Origin: Candidatus Hydrogenedentota bacterium | GTDB taxonomy: Bacteria; Hydrogenedentota; Hydrogenedentia; Hydrogenedentales; SLHB01 | Assembly: GCA_016209895.1 (NCBI GenBank) | Contig: JACQVH010000157.1 | Location: 4,206-68,205, forward strand | Direction of reading: 5' to 3' | DNA length: 64,000 nucleotides | In this document: one piece after another, positions 9,338 through 20,078 of the stretch | Layout: every line of letters starts with the position of its first letter | How positions within the stretch are numbered: position 1 is the first letter of the stretch | Program-made: the position numbers and the translations under genes | Notes under the pieces: model-generated | Told to the model about the DNA's origin: nothing | The model's database searches: none | The model's input: the letters and a program-made list of their open reading frames with translations, nothing else

Positions 9338-12322
9338 ATGGCAACAACTTCTCCCACGATTGCCGAAGCTGACCGGGTTCGGGCGACTGCCGCCGAACTT
9401 CTGCGCCACATGCACGATACGGCGCCCAGCGTCTTTCAACCGCGGGCGTTGACGGGGCGTCTACTGAACTGGGTCATGCACGACCCGGAACTGAAGGTGG
9501 ATTTGTTCCGTTTGGTGGATGTGCTGCCCTCGCTTCGTTCAGCTAGGGAAATCCAGGCGCATATTTCGGAATATCTGCGACCCAACGCGCGCAAGCTGCC
9601 GTCTTGGCTGGGGCCGATCCTGAAATTCGCCACCGGCGGATTGACCGCGGGTCTCACCGCCGGCGCAGTACGGAAGATGGTCGAGGAGGTCGCGCGGCAG
9701 TTTATTGTTGGCGAGGACTGGACACACGCGCTGCCACGCCTGAGGAAGCTACATGAATCGGGTTTGGGCGCTACCGTTGACTTGGTAGGGGAAGTGACGG
9801 TAAGCCATGAAGAGGCGGATGCGTACCAGTCCAGCTACCTGGGACTCATTGACGCGCTTAGCGAGGAATCGCAGCGTTGGCCGTCCCGTGACGTTCTGGA
9901 TCGAAACCATCTCGGACTCATCCCACGGGCCAACGTGTCTCTGAAGCTGTCCGCCCTGGAACCCTTCCTCGATCCCGTGGACACAGCGGGCAGCATCGCA
10001 CGCTTGCGGGAGCGCGTTATTCCAATTCTGCTCCGAGCGCGCGAAAGAAACGTGTTCGTGAATGTGGATATGGAGACATGGGCGTTACACGGCATTATTC
10101 TGGGGTTCCTGGAAGGTGCGTTGCGGCATCCCGAGCTACGCGCGTGGCCGCACGTCGGGGTGGCAGTTCAGGCATACTTGCGGAACGCGCAGACAGACTT
10201 GGATACGATACTGGAAATGGCGCGGCAACGCGAGGCGCCGATCACGGTGAGGCTCGTGAAGGGCGCCTATTGGGAACAGGAAGTAATTCGCGCGCGACAG
10301 CACGGTTATCGGGTGCCGGTATGGGAATCCAAATCCGCGACCGATCGCAATTTCGAGAGGCTATCAACATTCCTGTTCGAACATTGCGAACACCTGCTAC
10401 CGGCATTCGGCAGCCATAATTTACGCTCTGTCTCATTTGCGCTGACACAGGCCGAAGCATTAAACGTTTCCGACGAGGCGTTTGAGTTCCAAATGTTGTA
10501 CGGTATGGCGGAGCCGCTGCGCGACGCATTGCGGGAGAGGGGTCATCGTGTGCGAGTGTATGCGCCGATTGGCGAACTCATCCCCGGCATGGCGTACTTA
10601 GTGCGCCGACTCTTGGAGAACACTTCGAACGAAGGTTTTCTGCGACAATCCTACTTCGAGAGGGTAGATCTCGAGGCGCTTCTCGCAGCGCCAGAAACGT
10701 CGCCGTCGCCGTCGAAGCCCGCGTGGGAACCACGACCTGATCTTTCGCCGCCGTTCACCAATTGTCCGCATCGGGATTTCACTGACACCGAGGAACGACA
10801 GCGATTGGCCGCAGCGGTGGAACGCTCTTCCGGTTTGCTACCGATGAAGGTTCCGGTGCGTATTTCCAGAGATGGTCAACATCCGAAAACCGTGATGGAA
10901 CGGTTCTCCCCCAATGACCGGAACCAATGCGTGGCGTTGGTGGAGATGGGGACCAAAGACGACGCCGAACGGGCGGTCGAGGCGGCGATGGCCGCGTGGC
11001 CTTCATGGCGCAATACCTCGGTGGAATACCGGGCACACCTCCTTGAAACGCTCGCGGGCGGTCTCTGGGAGGATCGGGTGCGGCTTGCCGCTCTCGAAGT
11101 GCACGAAGTGGGAAAGCCTTGGACCGAGGCCGACGCGGACGTGGCCGAAGCGATTGATTTTTGTCGGTACTACGCGCGTCGAGCGTTGGCCGAGTTGCTG
11201 CCCGAACAGATCGGCGAAGCGCCGGGGGAAATCAACCAACTTATTTACGAAGGCCGCGGCCCCACCGTCGTCATCGCGCCCTGGAATTTTCCGCTTGCGA
11301 TCTTGTGCGGCATGACTACGGCAGCGCTCGTCGCCGGCAACACCGTCATCATGAAACCGGCGGAACAATCCAGCGCGACTGCAAATGCGCTCCACGAGCA
11401 CTTACTCGACGCCGGCTACCCACCGAACGTAGTGCAGTTCCTCCCGGGCCGTGGCGAAGACGTGGGACCCACTTTGGTCGAGCACCCGCTGACGGCGCAA
11501 GTGGCCTTTACAGGAAGTCGCGGCGTGGGACTTTCGATCTGGCAGCGCGCCGCCGTGCATCGGTCCGGCCAACGACTGCTCAAACACGTTATCTGCGAGA
11601 TGGGAGGCAAAAACGCGATACTCGTGGACGAAGACGCCGACTTGGACGAAGCGGTGCAAGGGGTGATGATCAGCGCGTTTAGCTACGCGGGCCAGAAGTG
11701 TTCGGCGTGCTCGCGGGTGATCGTGCTCCAAGACATCGCGCACAACTTCCTCGACCGGCTGGTAGAAGCTTGCCGCAGCCTTGTAGTCGGTCCGAGCACT
11801 GAACCGTCATGTCAACTGGGACCGGTGATAGACGAGGAGGCATACCTCCGTTTAATGGAGATTATCGAGGATCCGGGTACCGACGTGGAAGTCTTGTATC
11901 GAGGAAGTGCTCCTTCGGATAACGGGTACTTCGTACCACCACTCGTGGTGAAGGCTACAGATTGCCAGTGCCGTCTAATGCAGGATGAGTTATTCGGCCC
12001 TATCCTGTGTGTGCTCGTCGTCAGCTCGTTTGACGGGGGGTTGGACACGGCGTTGTCGAGCGACTTTGCTTTGACCGGCGGTGTCTACTCGCGCCGGCCG
12101 AGCCACATTGAGGAGGCTCGGCGACGGTTTCGGGTCGGAAATCTTTACGTGAATCGGCCGTGCACGGGCTCCATGGTTGGCCGACAAGCCTTCGGTGGTT
12201 TCGACATGAGCGGCGGCGGGACGAAAGCCGGGGGACCGGGGTATCTGCGCCATTTCGTCAACCCGGTATGCATCACTGAAAACACGGTACGCCGCGGCTT
12301 CGCTCCAGACCTGACCACGTGA
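9338..12322 (+). CDS. putA: Bifunctional proline dehydrogenase / P5C dehydrogenase
   Basis: PRODH motifs (VRLVKGAYW, GSHN, EFQMLYGM, YLVRRLLEN) followed by ALDH motifs (EAIDFCRYY, PWNFP, EMGGKN, GQKCSAC, ELFGP). Confidence 0.96.
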   Translation: MATTSPTIAEADRVRATAAELLRHMHDTAPSVFQPRALTGRLLNWVMHDPELKVDLFRLVDVLPSLRSAREIQAHISEYLRPNARKLPSWLGPILKFATGGLTAGLTAGAVRKMVEEVARQFIVGEDWTHALPRLRKLHESGLGATVDLVGEVTVSHEEADAYQSSYLGLIDALSEESQRWPSRDVLDRNHLGLIPRANVSLKLSALEPFLDPVDTAGSIARLRERVIPILLRARERNVFVNVDMETWALHGIILGFLEGALRHPELRAWPHVGVAVQAYLRNAQTDLDTILEMARQREAPITVRLVKGAYWEQEVIRARQHGYRVPVWESKSATDRNFERLSTFLFEHCEHLLPAFGSHNLRSVSFALTQAEALNVSDEAFEFQMLYGMAEPLRDALRERGHRVRVYAPIGELIPGMAYLVRRLLENTSNEGFLRQSYFERVDLEALLAAPETSPSPSKPAWEPRPDLSPPFTNCPHRDFTDTEERQRLAAAVERSSGLLPMKVPVRISRDGQHPKTVMERFSPNDRNQCVALVEMGTKDDAERAVEAAMAAWPSWRNTSVEYRAHLLETLAGGLWEDRVRLAALEVHEVGKPWTEADADVAEAIDFCRYYARRALAELLPEQIGEAPGEINQLIYEGRGPTVVIAPWNFPLAILCGMTTAALVAGNTVIMKPAEQSSATANALHEHLLDAGYPPNVVQFLPGRGEDVGPTLVEHPLTAQVAFTGSRGVGLSIWQRAAVHRSGQRLLKHVICEMGGKNAILVDEDADLDEAVQGVMISAFSYAGQKCSACSRVIVLQDIAHNFLDRLVEACRSLVVGPSTEPSCQLGPVIDEEAYLRLMEIIEDPGTDVEVLYRGSAPSDNGYFVPPLVVKATDCQCRLMQDELFGPILCVLVVSSFDGGLDTALSSDFALTGGVYSRRPSHIEEARRRFRVGNLYVNRPCTGSMVGRQAFGGFDMSGGGTKAGGPGYLRHFVNPVCITENTVRRGFAPDLTT

Positions 12323-12538
12323 GACGAGAGGGCCTCAAAACGTGCGAAAATAGGACGCACGATGGGAGTACGAATAAGGCCCAAACAAATACCAGTGCGA
12401 ACTTCTGAAGAGCCTTGTGCCTACTCCGGATTGAATGGGCTTCTTCGGTCCGAGGGGTCCTCGCGGAATAGTGCGAATCAGGTCGCTTGTTGAAAAAATG
12501 ACGGGTAGGACGGTTGAGGGGCGGGATTAACGGGTCCG

Positions 12539-13615
12539 ATGGACGTTAAAAAAATGACCGCAATGAAGCGGGAATCGGGTGGGGCCGTTTCGTATCCCGC
12601 CGAATCGAGTCAGGAAATCCTCTATAAAATCTTCGAGAACGCACCCGACGCGATTCTATTGGTGGATATGGAAGGGCGGATTACGATGGCCAATGCCCAA
12701 GCCGAAAACATGTTCGGCTACCGGCGGGAAGAGTTATTGGGCCAACCAGTTGAAATATTGATCCCCCCGAGACTCGCCGCGCGTCACGTCAAATACCGGG
12801 CGGAATACGGCGCGGCTCCACGCATTCGACCGATGGGAGCCGGTTTGGAATTGTTCGGGCACCGCAAGGATGGCTCGGAGTTCCCGGTGGACATCATGCT
12901 CAGTCCGCTGGAGGTCGAGGGAAGTAGTCTATTTCTGGGGGTGGTCCGCGATACTACGGAGCGCAAACGGATCGAGACGCAGGCGGCGCGCGTCCGGGAG
13001 ATGTATCTGAAAGAGGTTCACCACCGTGTTAAGAACAATCTCCAAGTTATCTCTTCCCTGTTCTATCTACAATCTACCTATACGTCCGACCCGAGAATTC
13101 TCGAGATTCTTCTGGAGAGCCAAAGCCGGGTACGGTCGATCTCGCTTATCCACGAGAAACTCTACCGTTCGCCCAGACTGGGAAAACTGGATTTCGGCGA
13201 ATATGTCCAAGACCTGGTAGCCGACCTTCTGCGGACCTACGATATCCAGCGAGAAAGTCTTGCCGTACACACGAGCGTTGACGATATTCATTTGGGGGTG
13301 GACACCGCAGTCCCGTGCGGTCTGATCATAAATGAACTGATAACGAATGTGTTCAAACATGCCTTCCCGGCCGGGCGCGTGGGAGCAGCCGGCGTTGAAT
13401 TGTTTCCATTGGGGCTCACGGATTTTCGCCTCGTGGTCTGGGATAACGGGGTGGGTTTACCACCCGATTTCGATTGGCGGACCACGAACTCACTGGGCCT
13501 GAAATTGGTCCACGATTTGACACGTCAACTGGAAGGCACGATGGAGGTGCGTTCCAACCATGGCGCGATGTTCTTAATTCGGTTCAAGGAACTGCAATAC
13601 AAAGACAGGAGTTAG
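12539..13615 (+). CDS. PAS-domain HisKA_2-type sensor histidine kinase
   Basis: PAS (RKDGSEFPVDI), EVHHRVKNNLQVISS H-box, NELITNVFKHAF, DNGVG. Confidence 0.92.
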   Translation: MDVKKMTAMKRESGGAVSYPAESSQEILYKIFENAPDAILLVDMEGRITMANAQAENMFGYRREELLGQPVEILIPPRLAARHVKYRAEYGAAPRIRPMGAGLELFGHRKDGSEFPVDIMLSPLEVEGSSLFLGVVRDTTERKRIETQAARVREMYLKEVHHRVKNNLQVISSLFYLQSTYTSDPRILEILLESQSRVRSISLIHEKLYRSPRLGKLDFGEYVQDLVADLLRTYDIQRESLAVHTSVDDIHLGVDTAVPCGLIINELITNVFKHAFPAGRVGAAGVELFPLGLTDFRLVVWDNGVGLPPDFDWRTTNSLGLKLVHDLTRQLEGTMEVRSNHGAMFLIRFKELQYKDRS

Positions 13616-13619
13616 CATC

Positions 13620-16028
13620 ATGCCTAGAACCAAAATTCTCATCGTAGACGATGAGATTCTCATTGCGCGGGAATTAGAAGCGCGGTTGACCAGCATGGGA
13701 TATCAAGTTTCTGGGATCGCTGCGTCGGGAACGGACGCGATCCGGCTCGCCGGCGAAAGTCATCCGGACGTGGTGTTGATGGATATCGTTCTAAAAGGGG
13801 ACATGGATGGCGTCGAGGCGGCTGGAGAGATTCGTCGGAACTGCCAGATTCCCGTCATCTATGTGACGGCCTATACCGACGACCGGACGTTGGAACGGGC
13901 AAAGATTACCGAACCGTTCGGCTACGTGGTCAAGCCGTTCTCGGAGCGCGAATTGAAGGCCAACATCGAAATGGCTCTGTATAAACACCAGGCGGAAGCG
14001 CGGCTACGCAAGGTCGAGCAATGGTTCGCGGACGCGCTCGAAGAACCGGCCGACGCCGTGATCGCCGCGGATCGCGAAGGGCGTATCACGGTGTTCAGCC
14101 CCGCGGCGGAGGCGGTGACCGCCTGGGCGAAAGAAGAGGTAATCGGACGGAAGCTGGGGGACGTCCTGCGTCTGGTCCACCGTGGCAACGGCCAGCCCAT
14201 ATCGCTGGAAGACGCGGCGGACGGACCGGTGGTATGCCTGGCCAAGGATACGCTTCTGGTGGACAAATCGGACGAAACGATTCCGATTGACAGCATGACC
14301 AGTTGTCTGCGCGACGACGAAGACCGTCCAATGGGTACGGTCTCGGTCTTTCGGGACGTCATGGGTCAGCGGCACGGCGCCTTGGTCGCACTCAATTGCG
14401 AGGTGGCGCTAATTGTCGCGGAAGCCGTTTCGCTTCAAGGCATGCTTCAACTCTGCGCCGAGTCGGTAGCGCGGGGTACCAACGCCGCCTTGGTACGTAT
14501 TTGGACACTGGATGAACTGCGCAATGTCTTGGAGCTCCAGGCGGGCGCGGGTGCGTATACCGTGTTGCACGGACCCCGAAGTAAGATTCCCCTCGGTCAC
14601 TTTGAGATCGGGCGAATCGCGATGGAACGGAAAGCCATCCGAACCAATGATTTGTTCCGGGGGCCTCACGTGAGCGATCCGGAGTGGATTCGTCGGGAAG
14701 GAATTATCGCGCTGGCGGGATATCCGCTGCTGGTCGGCGGCCGATTGCTGGGCGTATTGGCCGTGTTCTCCCGGCGGACTTTTGCGAGCAATACCTTCGA
14801 CGCGCTGGAGTCAGCGGCACGCACAATGGCTCTCGGAATCGAACGGAAGTTGCTCGAAGAGCAACTCCGTGAAAGCCAGAAAATGGAAGCGATCGGCCAA
14901 CTGGCGGGCGGGGTGGCCCATGATTTCAATAACCTGCTGACCATCATCTCCGGATGCAGTGACCTCCTGATGCGGCAGAACGGTCTGGACGAAACCGCTC
15001 GTCGCCACGTGGTCGAGATTGTCAAAGCCGCCGAACGGGCCGCCTCTCTTACCCAGAAGCTGTTGGCTTTCAGCCGGAAGCAATTGCTGCGGCCCCTCGT
15101 ATTGAACTTGAATTCGCTCGTCTACGAGATGGTGAACGTCTTAATGCGATTAGTTGGCGACCGGATCGTCTTGTCCCTTTCACTCGATCCGAGTCTGTCC
15201 AATATCGTGGCCGACCCCGGAAATCTGGAACAGGTCATAATGAATTTGACGATCAACGCCCGCGACGCCATGCCGGACGGGGGCAAGCTCACTCTCGAGA
15301 CGCGCAATCTGCGCGCGGACGAAGCACCCGTGCAGGCCCGCCAACAATCAACCGTGGAGAATTTTGTGATGCTGGCGGTCAGCGACACCGGGTGCGGAAT
15401 GACGCCCGAAGTCTTGGCCCACGTTTTCGAGCCGTTCTTTACGACGAAGGAACGTGGAAAGGGCAGCGGCCTGGGCCTGTCCACGACTTACGGTATCGTT
15501 ACCCAAAGCGGCGGTCACGTAGAGGTCCAAAGTCAACCGAACGTGGGAACATCCGTGCGCGTGTTTTTGCCGAGTACGGAAAAGCCGCTCCCTTCACGGC
15601 CGCCGGATCAGGTGGAGACACTGACCGAAGGCCGGGAGACAATCCTGGTCGTGGAAGATGAAGACACCTTGCGGAGCCTTATTTCGAGTGTCCTAAGCGT
15701 ATGCGGATATACCGTGCTGGAGGCCTCGAATGGAAATCAAGCGTTGCAGATGGTAGAGGGTCATCCGGAACCCATTGACCTGGTCTTAACCGACGTGGTC
15801 ATGCCGGAGATGGATGGGCGACGCCTCGCCGAGCAACTCACGCACGTGCGGCCCGACGCCAAAGTGCTGTACATGACGGGGTATACGGAAGAAGCCGTAA
15901 TTCGCGACCAAGTGCGGGAAGCGTCGGCAGACTTCGTCCAGAAGCCGTTTACGCCGGGCGTCTTAACGAAGAAAATCCGAGAGTTCCTGGACAAGTCTCT
16001 GACGCCGCACCCTGCGAGAAAGCGTTGA
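13620..16028 (+). CDS. Hybrid sensor kinase REC-PAS-GAF-HisKA-HATPase-REC
   Basis: N-terminal receiver, [36 protein letters not shown]-terminal receiver (LTDVVMP). Confidence 0.93.
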   Translation: MPRTKILIVDDEILIARELEARLTSMGYQVSGIAASGTDAIRLAGESHPDVVLMDIVLKGDMDGVEAAGEIRRNCQIPVIYVTAYTDDRTLERAKITEPFGYVVKPFSERELKANIEMALYKHQAEARLRKVEQWFADALEEPADAVIAADREGRITVFSPAAEAVTAWAKEEVIGRKLGDVLRLVHRGNGQPISLEDAADGPVVCLAKDTLLVDKSDETIPIDSMTSCLRDDEDRPMGTVSVFRDVMGQRHGALVALNCEVALIVAEAVSLQGMLQLCAESVARGTNAALVRIWTLDELRNVLELQAGAGAYTVLHGPRSKIPLGHFEIGRIAMERKAIRTNDLFRGPHVSDPEWIRREGIIALAGYPLLVGGRLLGVLAVFSRRTFASNTFDALESAARTMALGIERKLLEEQLRESQKMEAIGQLAGGVAHDFNNLLTIISGCSDLLMRQNGLDETARRHVVEIVKAAERAASLTQKLLAFSRKQLLRPLVLNLNSLVYEMVNVLMRLVGDRIVLSLSLDPSLSNIVADPGNLEQVIMNLTINARDAMPDGGKLTLETRNLRADEAPVQARQQSTVENFVMLAVSDTGCGMTPEVLAHVFEPFFTTKERGKGSGLGLSTTYGIVTQSGGHVEVQSQPNVGTSVRVFLPSTEKPLPSRPPDQVETLTEGRETILVVEDEDTLRSLISSVLSVCGYTVLEASNGNQALQMVEGHPEPIDLVLTDVVMPEMDGRRLAEQLTHVRPDAKVLYMTGYTEEAVIRDQVREASADFVQKPFTPGVLTKKIREFLDKSLTPHPARKR

Positions 16029-16089
16029 ATGTGCCCGTGCAACTCACGCTTCATGCAAGAATGTGCCGGGAGCGGGAATCCGGCGACGA

Positions 16090-17490
16090 CTAGACTTGGC
16101 TCGCGATTTCGATATTTCGGTCTCTCGGGTCCAGCGACCGGACAATTGAGCGGAGATACGAGCCGTCCGACGCCTTTTCGCTGAGATTAATCAACTCGTT
16201 TCCGCCGCGCCCATTTACGGATGCCGATACCGGCCGCACCCACGGACGAAACACGTCGTCGGGATTCGGCTTACACACGGCCGCGACTGCACCGTCATCC
16301 AGTTCTACGACGCTGCCCACGGGATAGACCCCCGACAACTGTACAAACACTTTAGTCAACAGCGGGTGGAAGGTCGTGCCGCGCCCATTCAAGATGATTT
16401 GCATGGCCCGGTCGGGGAGCAGCGCTTTGCGGTAGCTACGATCGGAGGTGAGGGCGTCAAACACGTCGGCGATGGTCACCAAGTGGCTCAGGAAATGGAG
16501 CCTGCCAAGTCGCTGAAAATTCGGATAACCCGTCATATTGTAGTGAGCATGATGCTGCGCGGCGATGGTAATGGCGAGTCCGTCAACGTCTTCCTGCCCC
16601 GCCAGGATTCGGGCGCCGTCCACGGGGTGTTTTTGCATGATTTTGAACTCGGCCTCGGTCAAGCGTCCCGGTTTGTCGAGGATTTCCATGGGGGTCTTGA
16701 CCTTCCCGATGTCATGCAGCAGCGCTGCGACCCCGAGCCGGTGCATTTGGCGATCACCGAAATGTAGCTTGGATGCGATGAGCAGACTGAGGATGGCGAC
16801 GTTCGTGGAATGAAAAAAGGTATACTCATGAAAGCTCTTCACGCGACTGAGGTCCAAATAGAGATCGGCCTGCCGCGCGATACCTGCGACCACTAAGCCA
16901 ACCGTGTTCTCGAGGACGGATACGTTCACTTTTGACTTGTCGGTGGCATCCATGAACGCAGCGATAACGGTCTGCACGACGGTGCGATAGATGTCGCGTG
17001 ATACGCGAACTGCCTCGCGAGCCTTAGGACCCGCGGCCACCATTCCGGGCAGTACCAGCGTCTTCTGGTCGAGGGCAATGCGACGCACACCGTCGCGTTC
17101 GAGGAGGGTCCGAATGCCGCCGGCCTCCTGAAGATCGGAAGGCTTCCCGACGCTCAACGTGATGAACTTGCTTAGTTCCTCCTCGGTCACTCCCCGGCGA
17201 AACGTAATGGCGCTGACTTTCCGAGCGGCAAAGTCCTTCACCAAGGCCAGAAAGGCGGCCTGTTCATCAATCAGTCGGGCACCGTCAAAGTACAGTTCCT
17301 CGTCGGCGACGGAGAGCGTCACGTCGTCCTTTTCGTGAAGGAACCGCGCCAATTCCTGTAGAAAGCCCCGCAGCGAATCGAGCACGTAAGGATGGTCGCT
17401 GGGGTACATCCGGGCCTTTTTTCGGGCGGCGGTAAGGTGCTGCAGGAGTGTCTTGACTCCCCCCGCCATCTCTTGAATCGCCTGGACCAT
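16090..17490 (-). CDS. HD-GYP domain protein (putative cyclic-dinucleotide phosphodiesterase)
   Basis: YTFFHSTNV, LLHDIGK, HP..G, HHAHYNMTGYP, ADVFDALTSDRSYRK. Confidence 0.9.
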   Translation of the reverse strand: MVQAIQEMAGGVKTLLQHLTAARKKARMYPSDHPYVLDSLRGFLQELARFLHEKDDVTLSVADEELYFDGARLIDEQAAFLALVKDFAARKVSAITFRRGVTEEELSKFITLSVGKPSDLQEAGGIRTLLERDGVRRIALDQKTLVLPGMVAAGPKAREAVRVSRDIYRTVVQTVIAAFMDATDKSKVNVSVLENTVGLVVAGIARQADLYLDLSRVKSFHEYTFFHSTNVAILSLLIASKLHFGDRQMHRLGVAALLHDIGKVKTPMEILDKPGRLTEAEFKIMQKHPVDGARILAGQEDVDGLAITIAAQHHAHYNMTGYPNFQRLGRLHFLSHLVTIADVFDALTSDRSYRKALLPDRAMQIILNGRGTTFHPLLTKVFVQLSGVYPVGSVVELDDGAVAAVCKPNPDDVFRPWVRPVSASVNGRGGNELINLSEKASDGSYLRSIVRSLDPRDRNIEIASQV

Positions 17491-17492
17491 GC

Positions 17493-19889
17493 TTAGTTCG
17501 ACGCCTTTCCGAGTCTGCCGGCTCGTGAGAGGTCCGTGACCTCGAGTTTCGCGATGGCCTCTTCACAGGCTTGCAGCATCTCATCGCGCCTCTTCGCCAG
17601 CGAGCGCCGGAGTCGTGCGGCCAACTTCCGAACCGCCGTCGCCTCGTCTTCGGTACCAAGGTTTGCAATCGCCCGAACCACTCCGATCACGAGGTCGGGG
17701 CGTCTTCTGCGAGTCGCCTTGTGCTGCTGATCGAGCACTTCTCGGAGCACCGGCAACGCGTTAGCTGCGCCCATCACCCCGAGCCATTCCGCGGCCAGAC
17801 CCTGAATGACGGGGTGATCATCTTCCAAGCAACGAAGCAGGATGGTTTCCGCGCGATTGCCGCCAATGGCCGCCAAGCCGCGCAACACTTCCCGCCGAAC
17901 GCGCATATCTGCGTGATACAACACGCGCTCCAACGCATCAATTCCAGTTTCGGAACCGATCTGGCCGAGGAGATAGGCGACATTGCGCACCACATACCAT
18001 TCTCGCTGCTCAACATTTCGGCTTAAGAAGAAGACCGTGTCCTCCCCGAACCCCACAAACACGGTAAGCAAAAACTGGCGAAGTTTTCGGTCCGGTTCGT
18101 GGGCGATACCATCGAAAACGACCTCGTAGGCGGGTTCGCCGATCTGCCGCAAGAGCTTGGTCAAACGCTGAGAGGTGGGATGCGCCAATCCGACCGAATA
18201 CATCTGATCGAGAATGCGCGCTATGTTCTCGACCGAAGTTAAGACAGCGATGAACGGACGAAGTATTTTGAGGGTAGTCTGGTGTGCCTTGCGCTCCGGA
18301 CCATCCAGTGTCTTTTCGAGGAACTGCGAGACAAAATCGTAGCGTTCTTCGTTGAGCGCGGATTGTAGCGCCCTCGGGAACAATACGGCGACTTCCCGGT
18401 CCGTGGCACTAAAGTCCCCTTCTTCGACCAGATTGAGCGCCACGAGCGCCGCTTCCTCGAGGTCCGGAGAATCATTCGCGGCGCGTACCAACGTGTCTAA
18501 TTCGTAGGCCTCGCCACCGTTCAGGGCCAATTCGTGCGCCAGATACGCATGGTCGTGACTCAGAGGTTCTGATGCCCGAGCGCGCGGCGCTTGATCGCGG
18601 GCGGAAACGAAGTCGTCGCCCGTAACCACCGGCCCCTCCTTGAATAAGCCGGCAATCTTCTGGGCGCGCCGATCACCGGTCTGGACAAGGTTCTCTATGA
18701 CGAGTTGCCGGACCGTCGTACGACGTTCTTCATCGCCGGTGAACTCTTCCAGGAAGTTGGACACGGTGTTGGCGGTGCCGTTGTGCAGGCGCACGTGAGC
18801 GCTCAACAGTCTCGCGACTTCCTCCGGGGGCAGAGCGCCGCTGATCTCGTCGTTGATTCGGTCTCTCCCGATTTGTTCGGCCAAGGCCGAGTCACGGACT
18901 TTAACCCTCGTGTTCGTGTCCGTATTTAATACGGCCTGCGCGATCAACTGTGCGGTTTTCTTCCGATCGGCCTCGGGAAGCGCTCGAATGTTGTCAGCGA
19001 TATGCTGCAACATCTGCTTGAGGACATCAATGGGGACCTCGTCGCTCGTGTCCTCTCCGGGGCCGGACGTGGTCGCGACCAGATCGAATGTCTCGGCCAG
19101 CCTTGCGGGGTTGGCTAGAGTGTTAAACAGATATTGCCGCTTCTCATCTGAGCCTTGGGCGATCTCGAGGAAGAACTGCAGGAGATCGGAGATATCTTCC
19201 GACTGGTCTTCCGGTAATTCATGTAGTTCCTTCCCCGAGGCTTCGCCGGGGCGGCGCCGTAGAGCCTGCCTTTGCCGCAGATATTCCAGCAGGTCGAACG
19301 GGACCGCGCCCGCATCGCCTTCGACCACGCTCAACTGCCTAATGACTTCGAATCCAATGTGGACGAATGGGCGCTCGGCGCCCGAACGTTCCGCGGCCGC
19401 GCCGGTGGCGCGTAAGGCCGCCGCGCGTACGAACTGTTCGAGCTCATCGGGAGTCAGGCTGCGACGAAACCAGAATACCTTGACTCCTTGACGGTAAAGT
19501 TCCCGCGCGTATTGCCCAACCAGTACCTGTCGCGTCCCCAGTGTCTTCCCTTCAAATTGGAAGGCATCGCGACTGACCGTAAGAAGAATCGTTTCGTCGG
19601 TTTCGGATTGTGACCGCGACCCTTGGCCGGCGCTCGGTTCGCCGCGAAATTGAATCCCCGGCGCTCCGGAATTCGCCGACCCGTCCTCCGAGTCGCTAAA
19701 CGACTCTTGGACGGCTTTGGCGGCGGCTTCCACCGTTTCACGGATTTTGGGATTCCCGGTCGGATAAAGCTGGGCCAGCTTGCGCGCTCGGACAAGCAGG
19801 TTCAGCACTCGGTCAACTTTCTTTACCTGCGCGGTCGGCACTCCTGGCTTCCTTCTCCGTCTTTGCCGAGTGAGGTTGCCGATGGGCAA
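17493..19889 (-). CDS. HEAT-repeat-containing protein
   Basis: C-terminal HEAT units (WYVVRNVAYLLGQIG; DMRVRREVLRGLAAIG); ends 2 nt before the HD-GYP start. Confidence 0.8.
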   Translation of the reverse strand: MPIGNLTRQRRRRKPGVPTAQVKKVDRVLNLLVRARKLAQLYPTGNPKIRETVEAAAKAVQESFSDSEDGSANSGAPGIQFRGEPSAGQGSRSQSETDETILLTVSRDAFQFEGKTLGTRQVLVGQYARELYRQGVKVFWFRRSLTPDELEQFVRAAALRATGAAAERSGAERPFVHIGFEVIRQLSVVEGDAGAVPFDLLEYLRQRQALRRRPGEASGKELHELPEDQSEDISDLLQFFLEIAQGSDEKRQYLFNTLANPARLAETFDLVATTSGPGEDTSDEVPIDVLKQMLQHIADNIRALPEADRKKTAQLIAQAVLNTDTNTRVKVRDSALAEQIGRDRINDEISGALPPEEVARLLSAHVRLHNGTANTVSNFLEEFTGDEERRTTVRQLVIENLVQTGDRRAQKIAGLFKEGPVVTGDDFVSARDQAPRARASEPLSHDHAYLAHELALNGGEAYELDTLVRAANDSPDLEEAALVALNLVEEGDFSATDREVAVLFPRALQSALNEERYDFVSQFLEKTLDGPERKAHQTTLKILRPFIAVLTSVENIARILDQMYSVGLAHPTSQRLTKLLRQIGEPAYEVVFDGIAHEPDRKLRQFLLTVFVGFGEDTVFFLSRNVEQREWYVVRNVAYLLGQIGSETGIDALERVLYHADMRVRREVLRGLAAIGGNRAETILLRCLEDDHPVIQGLAAEWLGVMGAANALPVLREVLDQQHKATRRRRPDLVIGVVRAIANLGTEDEATAVRKLAARLRRSLAKRRDEMLQACEEAIAKLEVTDLSRAGRLGKASN

Positions 19890-20078
19890 CTCACACCTTA
19901 ATATTGTGTATTATACATCATCGCGATACTGAATCGCCGCGCTTTACGGCAGCGCGTCCAGGCAGTGTCAGCAATCTCTCCTCATACTACCACAGATTGC
20001 CTGATCTGCGGGCGGGCGTATAATCCACCCGCGCTCCCGTACGAGGGGGTCGCGTTGGGAAAGAAGGAGGATATTCTT

